A stretch of 57,699 nt of DNA, filler included, from Squatina squatina (taxonomy: Eukaryota), in assembly GCA_031763465.1 (NCBI GenBank). It is 2 parts of 2 records of this genome, joined end to end, with 100 filler letters (N's around TTAATTAATTAA, not from the genome) between each part and the next. Parts side by side here need not be neighbours in the genome. Positions count along the whole stretch, not along the records: positions 29,971 to 57,699 come from JARFOE010000219.1; 1 more part is not named here. One strand, 5' to 3'. Below the pieces are notes generated by a model that was not told where the DNA came from, made no database searches, and saw only the letters and a program-made list of their open reading frames with translations. Shown piece after piece: positions 39,601 through 51,400 of the stretch (the first letter of the stretch is position 1; every line of letters starts with the position of its first letter). A program made the translations under genes and the position numbers.

Positions 39601-42540
39601 CTCTCTCTGTCTCTCGGTCATTCTGTGTGTCTCGGGGCAGCTCTCCTGTCTCTGTCTCTGGGTCACTCTCTCTGTGTCTCTCGGGGCAGCTCTCCTCTAC
39701 CTCTCAGTCGAATTTCTCTCTGTGTCTCTCGGGGTAGCTCCCCTCTCCCTCTCTGTCGATTATTCTCTCTGTGTCTCTTGGGGCAGCTCTCCTCTCTGTC
39801 TCTGGGTCATTCTCTCTGTGTCTCTCGGGGTAGCTCTCCTCTCTCTGTCTCGGTCATTCTCTCTGTGTCTCTCTGGGCCACTCTCTTCTCCCTGACTCTC
39901 GGTCATTCTCGCTGTCTCTGGGTCGCTCTCTCTTTGTCTCTCGGCGTAGCTCCCCTCACTGTCTCTGGGTCATTCTCTCTGTGTCTCTCATGTCAGCTCT
40001 CCTATCTGTCTTGATCATTCTCTCTGTGTCTCTAGCTGCAGCTCTCCTCTCTCTGTCTCTGGGTCGCTCTCTCTTTGTCTCTCGGGGTAGCTCCCCTCTC
40101 CCTGTCTGTCGAGTATTCTCTCTCTGACTCTCGGGTCAGCTCTCCTCTCTCTGTCTCTTGGTCATTCTCTCTCTGACTCTCGGGTCAGATCTCCTCTCTC
40201 TGTCTCTGGGTCGTTCTCTCTTTGTCTCTCGGGTCAGATCTCCTCTCTCTGTGTGTCGGTCATTCTCTCTGTGTCTCTCGGGGCAGCTCTCCTCACTTTG
40301 TCTCTCGGTCATTCTCTCTGTGCCTCTCGGGGCAGCTCTCCTCTCTCTGTCTCTGGGTCATTGTCTCTGTGCCTCTCGGGGCAGCTCTCCTCTCTCTGTC
40401 TCTGGGTCATTGTCTCTGTGTCTCTCGGGGTAGCTCTCCTCTCTCTGTCTCTGGGTCATTGTCTCTGTGTCTCTAGGGGTAGCTGTCCTCTCTCTGTCTC
40501 TGGGTCATTGTCTCTCTGTCCCTCGGGGCAACTCTCCTCTCTCTGCTCCTCGGTCATTCTCTCTGCGTCTCTTGGGGCAGCTCTACTCTCTCTGTCTTTG
40601 TCGCTCTCTCTGTGTCTCTCTGGGCAGCTCTCCTCTGTCTGTCTCTGGGTCATTGTCTCTGTGTCTCTCGGGGTAGCTCTCATCTCTCTGTCTCTCGGTC
40701 ATACTCTCTCTGTCTCTCGAGGCAGCTCTCCTCTCCCTGTCTCTGGGTCGTTCTCTCTGTGTCCCTCGGGGCAGCTCTCCTCACCCTGTCTCTCGATTAT
40801 TCTCTCTGTGTCTCTCGGGGTAGCTCTCCTCTCTGTCTCTGGGTCATTGTCTCTGTGTCTCTCGGGGCGGCTCTCTTCTCTCTATCTCTCGGTCATTCTC
40901 TCTGTCTCTCGGTCATTCTTTCTGTGTTTTGGGGCCTGCTCTCCTCTCTCTGTCTCAGGTCGTTCTCTCTGTGTCTCTCGGGGCAGCTCTCCTCTCCCTG
41001 TCTTTTGTTCATTCTCTCTGTGTCTCTCGGGGCAGCTCTCCTCTCCGTGTCTCTCAGGGATTCTCTCTCTGTCTCTCGGAGCAGCTCTGCTCTCTCTGTC
41101 TGTGTGGTTCTCTCTCTGTCTCTCGGTCATTCTCTCTCTGTGACTTGGGGCAGCTATCCTCTCTCTGGGTCATTCTCTCTGTTTCGCGTGAGGCAGCTCT
41201 CCTCTCTCTATCTGTCGGTCATTCTCGCTGTGTCTCTCGGGACAGCTCTCCTGTCTCTGTCTCTGGGTCACTCTCTCTCTGTCTCTCGGGGCAGCTCTCC
41301 TCTCTCTGTATCTCGGTCATTCTCTGTTTCTCTCGAGGCATCTCTCCACTCTCTGTCTGGGTCATTCTGTGTCTCTCGGGGCAGCTCTCCTCCCTCTGTC
41401 TGGGTCGTTCTCTCTGTGTCTCTCAGGTTAGCTCTCCTCTCCCAGTCTCTAGGTCATTCTCTCTGTGTCTCTCGGGGCAGCTCTCCTCTCCCTGTCTCTC
41501 GATTGTTCTCTCTGGGCAGCTCTCCTCTCTGTCTCTGGGTCATTGGCTCTGTGTCTCTCGGGGTAGCTCTCGTCTCTCTGTCTCTCGGTCATTCTCTCTG
41601 TGTCTCTCGGGGCAGCTCTGCTCTCCCTGTCTGTGTCGTTCTCTCTGTGTCTCTCGGGGCAGCTCTCTTCTCTCTGTCTCTCGTTCATTCTCTCTGTCTC
41701 TCGGTCATTCTCTCTGTGTTTCGGGGCAGCACTCCTCTCTCTGTCTCTCGTTCATTCTCTCTGTCTATCGCTCATTATCTCTCTGTCTCGGGTCATTCTC
41801 TCTGTGTCTCTCGGGCAAGCTCTCCTCCCTCTGTCTCTGGGTCATTCTGTCTGTGTCTCCCGGTGTAGCTCTCCTCTCTCTGTTTCTGGGTCATTCTGTC
41901 TGTGTCTCTCGGTGTAGCTCTCCTCTCTCTGTCTCTGGGTCATTCTGTCTGTGTCTCCCGGTGTAGCTCTCCTCTCTCTGTCTCTGGGTCATTCTCTCTG
42001 TGTCTCTTGGGGCAGCTCTCCTCTCTCTGTTTCTCGGTCATTCTCTCTGTGTCTCTCGGGCCAGCTCACCTCTCTCTGTCTGTTTCGTTCTCTCTGTGTC
42101 TCTCGGGGCAGCTCTCTTCTCTCTGTCTCTCGGTCATTCTCTCTGTCTCTCTGTCCTTCTCTCTGTGTTTCGGGGCAGCTCTCCTGTCTCTGTCTCTCGA
42201 TTGTTCTCTCTGTGTCTCTCGGGGCAGCTCTCCTCTCTCTGTCTCTGGATCATTGTCTCTGTGTCTCTCGGGGCAGCTCTCCTCTCCCTGTCTCTCGGTC
42301 ATTCTCTCTGCGTCTCACGGGGCAGCTCTCCTTTCTCTGTCTCTGGATCATTCTCTCTGTGTCTCTCGGGCCAGCTCTCCTCTCCCTGTCTTTTGAATAT
42401 TCTCTCTGTGTCTCTCGTGCAGCTCTCCTCTCTGTCTCTGGGTCATTCTCTCTGTCTCTCTCGGGGTAACTCTCCTCTCTGTCTTTGGGTCATTCTCTCT
42501 GTGTCTCTCGGGGTAACTCTCCTCTCTGTCTCTCGGGGCA
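36676..42540. repeat. ~5.9 kb CT-rich satellite, unit ~47-49 bp
   Basis: Consensus GGGCAGCTCTCCTCTCTCTGTCTCTCGGTCATTCTCTCTGTGTCTCTCG, over 100 diverged copies. It accounts for all the long Leu/Ser and Arg/Glu ORFs here. Confidence 0.95.
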
Positions 42541-42694
42541 GATTATTATCTGAATGGTGACAGATTTGGAAAAGGGGAGGTGCAACGAGCCCTGGGTGTC
42601 ATTGCACATCAGTCGTTGAAAGTAGGCTTGCAGGTACAGCAGGCAGTGAAGAAAGCAAATGGCATGTTGGCATTCATAGCAAGAGGATTTGAGT
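42538..42694 (+). mobile_element. CR1 LINE RT fragment
   Basis: LGVIAHQSLKVGLQVQQAVKKANGMLAFIARGFE. Confidence 0.75.
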
Positions 42695-45440
42695 NNNNNN
42701 NNNNNNNNNNNNNNNNNNNNNNNNNNNNNNNNNNNNNNNNNNNNNNNNNNNNNNNNNNNNNNNNNNNNNNNNNNNNNNNNNNNNNNNNNNNNNNAATATT
42801 GACTACATTTCTGGATTGGAGTGGTTTAACATTTCACTGTAGGGTTTTAAAATAAATGTCTAAGGCTAAACAATTGTGCGTGTAGTGCTAGTAGTGCTAA
42901 CTAAGGGTGTGAGTTATCGTTCACTGTTGTCCCCGTTGGGATGGAGGTTGTTTACATCTTAAGCTAAAAACAGCTGTTGTTTTTATTACATCTTCCTCTT
43001 TTTTTTTAATTTAGCCAATTTTCATTTTCAACTGGTTGTCGGAGCTATAAATGTGTTAACATACTGTCATCACCATTACACTGGGAGATGTAGGTTATAC
43101 TTTTTAGTAGGCAAGTGAGCATTCATTTGAGTGCTGCATTTCAGTGTTGCTTACAAAATGATAAATCATAAAGTGGGAATGTATTGACCAAAGGATGATT
43201 TGATTGGTGTGATTTACTGATGAATGTAATTTACAAATAAGAACATGCTCTGTTTTATGTGTGTGTATTTTTTATATTGGATTTTTCAAATATAAATCCA
43301 CTGTTACATCAGAAAAATTTGCATCTACTAACCACAGGATAATGAATGCTGGGGGATGAATTACAAGCTAGTGTTCGTTGCAGTTTGGGCGACCTCTTTC
43401 GTAACACATTGTCTGAGCCCTAAGATTATATTACAAAATTTTCTTCATTCCCTATATTGGATATTTTATCCAATAGTCAGCACCCTTCTAAGACTTTTAA
43501 TAATTCAGTCTGTAATTAGACTTTGATTTATTGTACTGGAAATGGCACATCGTTTTGTTAGCTTATTTGCATGTTACAACCCTGAATAACTGAAGCTTGA
43601 AAAAAGTGAAGTAGGAAGATCTGAGTTTCGATTCTTCGAGCTTGTCCTGAGTTAACTAATGTCAAGGGCAGCAATAAGCATGCTACAATTTATGGTAAAA
43701 GCTCAGGTTAGTAAAGGGGAAACCAATCTGTGTGCTTGTTTTTGGCAGGAGGCAACCCCTCCTGGAAGTTGTGCAGACACTGGGGGAAGATGGGATTGAT
43801 CTCAGCTGTGATGCATCCATAGTAGAATAGCATGCAAACATTAACTGTCAAAATGCACTGGAGTGAGGTACAAGAGGATGACGGGTGTCTGTGGATTGGG
43901 CAAATGATTGGAGAGAAGATGCTAATGTCTGTACCAGTTATGATTGGCTAGTGTTTAATTTGATAGAAAACTTGATCAAAGATTAACTTAGAATAAAACT
44001 TATTTTGTATATCATGGTCAATTAAGTAACCTGCATTCTGCTCAAGTTGTATTCAGTATTACTAGTTTGGGGAGAAAAAAGGGGTCAGTCACAATGGGGT
44101 CTATTTTCCTCTCTCCATTATTACTGGCGAAGAAGTCTGTATGAAAACAAAGCATTGACTTGGGAGGAGTGGTGTTGCTGGGAAGAGGGGAGGAGCTGGG
44201 CGGGGGAAGGTAGAGTGGCGGGGTGAGAAAATAAACTGGGGTGATGTTTTTGGGGAGAAGCGATGAGCTAGCTGTAACTATGAGTTGAATTTGGGAAGAA
44301 GGAGAAAAGTGTCCAGGCACCTCCAGTTGTTCCATGAGAGTCTGTCCCACCTGCCACTACATTATCCCCAATGCCTCTTCCTTTTGTCCATGCTGGCCAT
44401 TCAATTGGAGCAGCAGAGGGATATTGATTTAAGATCTTTACCCTGCCTACTTAATGTCATTTACATGTAATGGGATGGGCAGTGAGCAGGTGATTGCCAT
44501 CATCACCAAAGGGAGCGGAGGAAAAATGCCAGCTGTCATTTGTAGGAGAAAGGCTTTGGCAGATGGCCTCCCTGCCCCATTTTATTTCACTTTCCAACCT
44601 ATGATCATCTGAAAACAGCTGGTTTCACAGAAGAAACTCCAGGCTGCAGGCAGGTGGAAGTCGTGGCCCACCATGCTTCCACTGAGAAATGTGAATGGGA
44701 GGAAATTCCACATCTACAACTCACTTCCAGGTATCCGTTATTCTACATATAAAGTATCTGAATCCCTTGATTAGACTTCGACCTGTCCCGGGTATCTGCT
44801 ATTCTGTAAGATGTGTTTTCCTCCAGTTGCTAATGTTAGTGCGAGTGTAAAACATGACTCCCGGAGTATACTAACGGTGAGGTTTGAGTGACACTGAGGG
44901 AAATATCCCAGCCCACATGTTTCTGTTTGCTAAATGTATNNNNNNNNNNNNNNNNNNNNNNNNNNNNNNNNNNNNNNNNNNNNNNNNNNNNNNNNNNNNN
45001 NNNNNNNNNNNNNNNNNNNNNNNNNNNNNNNNNNNNNNNACAAGCAAGGGAAGAGGCGAAAAATCCCTTTTTGGTCTTTTTGGGAGAAAAAAATATTCAC
45101 AACAACTTTAGCACCTTGCTGGGAATGGAATATGTATGACTGCATTCAATGTATGTCGAGCTGTACATGCCATGTTGGCTAGGATTGTGCAATAAGACAA
45201 TTAGTTAAATTGATTTCTGTGATTAGGTGAGTAATTTGTTCTGTTTGATTAATTGGCACAGTCATAGTGTGTGATTTTGATTGATAAAGAAATGTTTTCA
45301 TTTTCTGTTCATCGTATTGAGAATTGGTTTGTGCTAGAGAATGAATGACTGCTGTCAGGAAAAAGAAATAACCCGGTACTTCAGTGGGCCACAGTTTAAC
45401 ATGCAATTTCTTTCCTTTGTTAGAAAGTGAGTGGTCAAAA

Positions 45441-48400
45441 ATGAACAAGTTCCGACAGAGCTTCAGGCGCAAGAAAGACATCTATGTTCCGGAATCGAGC
45501 CGACCGCATCAGTGGCAGACTGATGAAGAAGCAGTCCGCAGTGGCAAATGTAGCTTCCAGGTCAAGGTGAAGTCTCTCTGCACTTTTTATTTATTTACTT
45601 AAATGAAGTGATTTGTTTGTAGAAGGTTTTTGTTGTTTGTTGATAAGAATTTAACAACAGTTCTAGTGGGGTTGGACTCCTGTTAGACTACATGAGCAGA
45701 ATATCCACATTTAAGAAAGAACTTGCATTTATCACTTCCTCAGGTAAAGCACTTTACATGCAGTGTTTTATGCAGCAGACAATTTGCATACAAGATCCCT
45801 CAAACAGCAAATGAATGAGCAAATAATCTGCTTTTAGTGACTATTAAATGGAGTTTTGAGTTTATTTTATGTCAACCGAGCAGGCAGATGGGGCCTTGGT
45901 TTACTATCTCATCTGAAATAAAGCATCTCTACCAATGCAGAATCTGTCAGTGCTGTACTGTAGTGTCAGGCTGTAATGGGGATTGAACCCACCACTTACT
46001 GATTGAGCGGAGAGTGCTACCAGTCGAGCCAAGTTGACACTAGACACTTAAATTCAATTGGCAAATAGATTGTCAATCTGATCAGTTTGCAATCAGTGTG
46101 TGTGTCTGGTACCAATTAAGTTATCTCCTATTAGACGACATGCGGCACATGTAGTCTTATTGATCAGACAACCATAATAACCAGTCTGACATAGACATGG
46201 CTATATTGAACTTCAGTTTGAATCAGAAAATTCTACGCTGACTTTCCTAAATTGCATCCATGTAGATGAACAACTGTTCTGTACAGTTCTGGTATGCTCC
46301 CCAAACCACCTCAGATGAACACACTAATCTAGCTAAAAATATTTGGAAATTGATTGTTGACTTCAACTTCCCCAATATTGATTGGAAACTCTGTGGATCG
46401 AGTTGTTTGGATGGGGTGGTGTTTGTGCAGAGTGTNNNNNNNNNNNNNNNNNNNNNNNNNNNNNNNNNNNNNNNNNNNNNNNNNNNNNNNNNNNNNNNNN
46501 NNNNNNNNNNNNNNNNNNNNNNNNNNNNNNNNNNNCTGTTTGGAAAAGTAAGTTTGAATGCCTAGATTTCTGTTGACACATTAAGGGGTTACACCACTGC
46601 ATTTAAATAGTATCAATGTACTAATTTATTGGCTAAAATTACATAAAAGCCTATTTGCTCAGTTATACAGTAGGAATGGTTTGCAGTTTTTTTCCACTGG
46701 CCCAGAATTGTTTGCTGCAAGTTGAACTGTGTGAAGTGAATATAAAGTTTTTTTTGCTGGTGCGACTGGTTTTGAACCATGCATGTGCTAATGTTTGAGG
46801 GGAGTTGTGGGGGGTGCTGGGGGGAGGAAAATGCCCCAGACTTGAGAAATAAAGAATAACCCGATTTAGCAACAACCTGTATTTATATAGTGCCTTTAAC
46901 AAAGTAACACATCCCAAGAGACTTCACGGGAACATTATTAAACAAAATTTGACACCGAGCCACATAAGATATTAGGGCAGATGACCTAAAACTTAGTCAA
47001 AGAGGTAGGTTTTAAGGAGCGTCTTAAAGGACCGAGAGAGGTAAAGAGACGCAGAGGTTTAAGCAGAGAATTCCAGAGCTCAGGGCCTTGGCATCTGAAG
47101 GTACGGCCACTAGTGGTGGAGCAATTAAATGTGGGAATGCTTAAGAGGCCAGCATTAGAGGAGTGCATATATCTCTTAGAGTTTTGGATGAATCTATGGA
47201 GGGTGGAAAATGGGAGACCAGCCAGGAGTGTGTTGGAATAGTCAAGTCTAAAGGTAACAAAGGCATGAATGAGGGTTTTAGCAGCAGACGAGCTGAGGTG
47301 TCAGGCAATGTTACGGAGGCGGAAATAGGTGGTCTTAGTGACGGTGCGGATGTGTGATCGGAAGCTCAATTCCGGGTCAGATATGACACCAAGGTAGCGN
47401 NNNNNNNNNNNNNNNNNNNNNNNNNNNNNNNNNNNNNNNNNNNNNNNNNNNNNNNNNNNNNNNNNNNNNNNNNNNNNNNNNNNNNNNNNNNNNNNNNNNT
47501 ATTAGTGGTGTAACTCCTTAAGAGTCAGTTTACCCAAGCTTCCAGTGATTTTTGTTGTTCTGCTTTTAATAATAGGGAGAGAGATCAACGCGTTGTGTGT
47601 GTTTAATGGTGTGGTTTTCCTTTTCTTCCCTCAGTGCCTTGAAGCTATGGTGTTCAGCTACTCTTCAAAAGTTCTGTGTGCTGGGCTATCTGGCAATGGA
47701 ATCTCATCTCTCTCACTGCTATTCTTGCTTATGTCTTTGCTAGTTTTTCCTTTGGGTACACTGGTTTCATTAAGCTGTTTCCTAAATCTTCGCATTTTTT
47801 TCCCTTTAAGACTGGAAAGAAGCCAGTTAAGGCTGTGTTGTGGGTCTCAGCAGATGGACTGCGAGTGGTGGATGAGAAAACAAAGGTAAGTTTATTATTC
47901 AATTTACTCCTGTGCCATGGTTAGTTCTCACTTTTGCAGCCTTTTTTGCCTGGCATTGATTTATCATTTCGGGATAAGTTATTGTCAACGTTCCTCTTTT
48001 AAACTTAACATGGTTCTTTAAAATCACAATATGGCTTTCTTTCCAAATTGTTTACTGCACAAAGGATCATTAATTTTCTACCGGTACTCATTGTAGAAGC
48101 ATATTGTGTTTTGATTTATTGCTACGGAAGCTGGCTTAAGTGGAGAAAAGTGAACTGTGACAATTCCATTTTGATGGTCCCAATAAGATCAGGCAATAAA
48201 AATGATTTTATTTGGTGAATTATGAGAGAATTTTATACGCTTAAAATTTCTTTATTGCATTTGGTTGTATCTAAGACTTTCTGGAAGTTTATCTAAATCT
48301 ATAGGTACCCTATATGAATGCCAGTTGTGGTTCAAAATCTACAGACAATTCCTTGCATTTCTCTTTACATAACCACATCAAGTAGCATATGTACGCACTC

Positions 48401-51400
48401 TGATGTCTTGATAGCCATAGCCTTGGACTATTGAGCACTAGATACCATGTAATGGGTGATTCGTCCCCTTCAAAGACTTCAGTACAGTATGCTTAAAGCA
48501 GCCTATTGGTACACTAATGCACAGATGGTAGAACATGTGCCGTTGTCCAGGACTCCTCATGTGATTACTTTATCTCACCTGGGACATGAAGGGAAAGGGC
48601 TGAATGCAGGTGAGAGCCTTGAATGCAGGGAAGGAGATGACAAACTGAAAGGACAATATTACTGTCGGTGGTTTTTGTTGTGGAATAGATTTGTGCATCT
48701 GGTTAAGTAATTAACAGAGTATTGGGAGTGCCATCTTGTTTGGGAATATTAGTTACGTAAAGATGGAGATAAAATAACAAACTTGTGTTTAACAATTGAG
48801 AAATAATACAAGTAACAGTAAAATTTAAACAATTTAGTTTCTTAGGAATTATGAATCCAGTCTCTAAATGATGGGTTAAATGTACAAGTCTCAAGGCCTC
48901 TCACAGTGTGGCTGAAGGAACTGGACAATAATAGCTTGGCTATCCTTCAAAGGCTGGTATTTGATTTTTCTTCTCCTATTTCAAGAATGATATTGCACCA
49001 ATTTTTGAATTGAATTGAAAATGCCAATGTCTACAGCCTTTGTAGTTGGTCCTATTCCCTTATCAGTACCCATTGTATTTCAAGTCTGTGGAAGACACAG
49101 AAAGCGATAACATTCATGCGAACATCATTGTATACTGAATTTGTTATCTAGGACTGTGCTATGTTAAGATTACATGGCCGACAGGGCAGCAGTGATACCC
49201 GCTCTCTCGTATGGGTCAGAGACATGAACAAAATACAGTAGGCACCACAAAGCACTGGAGAAGTACCACCAACGCTGTCTCCGCAAAATCCTGCAATTGC
49301 ACTGGCAGGATAGGCGTACCAATGTCAGTGTCCTCTCTCAGGCCAACATTCCCAGCATCGAGGCACTGGTCACACTCAACCAGCTGCAATGGGCGGGCCA
49401 CATTGTCCACATGCCTGACTCAAGACTCCCGAAACAAGCACTCTATTCCGAGCTTTGTCCCGGCAAGCGATTACCAGGAGGGCAGAGGAAGTGCTTCAAG
49501 TGCGTCCTCAAAGCTTCCCTGAAAAAATGTAACATCCCTACTGACTCATGGGAATCTACGGTCCAAGACCATCCGAACTGGAGGAGAAGCATCCACGAAG
49601 GTGCCAACCATTTCGAGCTTCTCTAGCGAGAGCACGTGGAGGCCAAGCACAAGCAACGGAAGGAGCGCGCAAAAACCCGAGCATCTCATCCACTCACCCC
49701 ATCAAATACCACCTGCCCCACTTGTGGTCGAGTTTGTGTATCCCGGATAGAACTGTTCAGTCATCTCAGAACCCACAACTCCAGAGTGGAAGCAAGTCAT
49801 CCTCGACCTCGAAGGACTGCCTAAGATGAAGATACTTTAAGAACTTCGTTAAATGGAACACAAAAGTTAATTTTGGTTAGAAAGAGAGTTGTGGTTATGT
49901 ACATGGTAAATTGAATTAGTTTCATATTCCTTTAAAGGTTCAGTTGTCACCCTAATATAAAGCAATGCAATATTCAACATTCTGTGGAACGAAGTCTTCT
50001 CTCTGAACACAAACCAGAATCTTGTAAAACCTTTTAATCGATTATTGTCAAAATCTCAAAGATTGCCTTTGACAGGTCCATCGAATAATAGTTCATGCTG
50101 TTTTTGATTCATATAGGTCATTGCTTCTAGGTCAATAAAAAAACAATACGTCCTACATAAATTTTTAATTAAACACAGCAGACTAATTGTATACTTTTAC
50201 ATAGTACAACATAAAATACAATACATTATGCAAGTGTGGAACAAGGCAGAATTCAAAGAATTATACANNNNNNNNNNNNNNNNNNNNNNNNNNNNNNNNN
50301 NNNNNNNNNNNNNNNNNNNNNNNNNNNNNNNNNNNNNNNNNNNNNNNNNNNNNNNNNNNNNNNNNNNTCATGTGATATCTGCCCACTCTGTGTTCTTCTG
50401 AAATCAAATACAGTCCACTTCATAGTTAACTACACTTCGTATTTTTGTGTTGTCTATAAGCCATAATATAGTGAAATAATAATGAGGACTAGAAATGTGC
50501 ACAGCATTTTAATCCTCCACTAGTAATGTGTAGCGCCTGTGTGTGTCATCTTGAAACCATCTGTCGTGAGGAAGAAATATTTAATTCACATGGTCATCTT
50601 AGACCAGGACACGATGTGTTGGATGACCAAGTCACAGATCGAGGGTAAAGTTAATTTGATTAAACTGAGAATTTGGCCATTTTGCTGTAGAGAATTAAAA
50701 TATATTTCAAGAATTGTGTAGTAACTTCAAACAAAACTTTTAGGCTTTGTATTGAACTGAGGCTAAAGCCTCATTCCAGCTCCATGAACCAGTAGTGTAA
50801 TAAGCTCTATTTTGGCAAAGATGGACTTATGAATTGTAATTTTGCAATTGATTGAGCTGTACATTTTGTTTCATCAAGTAGGTGTGGAGTAACAACAATG
50901 ATGCACAAAGCCTTGTCGGAGTTTACAGAGCAGATATCTTAGTGTCCTTAAAGTGCTGAATGTTTAGTGGAGTGTTGGTTGAAAGGCTGGTGCTTCTTTC
51001 TGTTGGCCAACTTGCCCTGCTCAAGAAACTGATGCATAAAATGTTTTTTTTTTAAATGCCAGAAATCATTCAGGATTTAGGAAAACAGTCTAACTGTGGT
51101 AATGTTTTTACGTCCAATCTTTAGTAAAGTCGTAATCATGTCAAGAGTGTGATGTTCTACTTACAGCTGAAGCGGAGAGAACCGTTGTCGTAACCACGTC
51201 TGCTGCGTTACCTGCAGCTCCATCAGCTTCACCATCTGCCCCATCCACCATTATAGAAAACAAGGAATCTAGCAACATACATGCCATACCACGAAGGCAT
51301 GCACCCGTGGAGCAACTTGCCAGGCAAGGATCTTTCCGAGGAGTCCCAGTGCTGAGCCAGACAACATCTCCATTCAAGAGGCAAATGTCGCTTCGAATAA

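Noticed and set aside
36426-42560. Many long ORFs (up to 418 aa) rich in Leu/Ser or Arg/Glu
   Set aside because: They are by-products of an A-poor satellite that seldom forms stop codons, are open in several frames and show no domain signal.
45040-45111. Peptide EKSLFGLFGRK resembling the NUMB PTB insert
   Set aside because: It lies upstream of the ATG exon and has no suitable donor. The better candidate is at 46536-46547.
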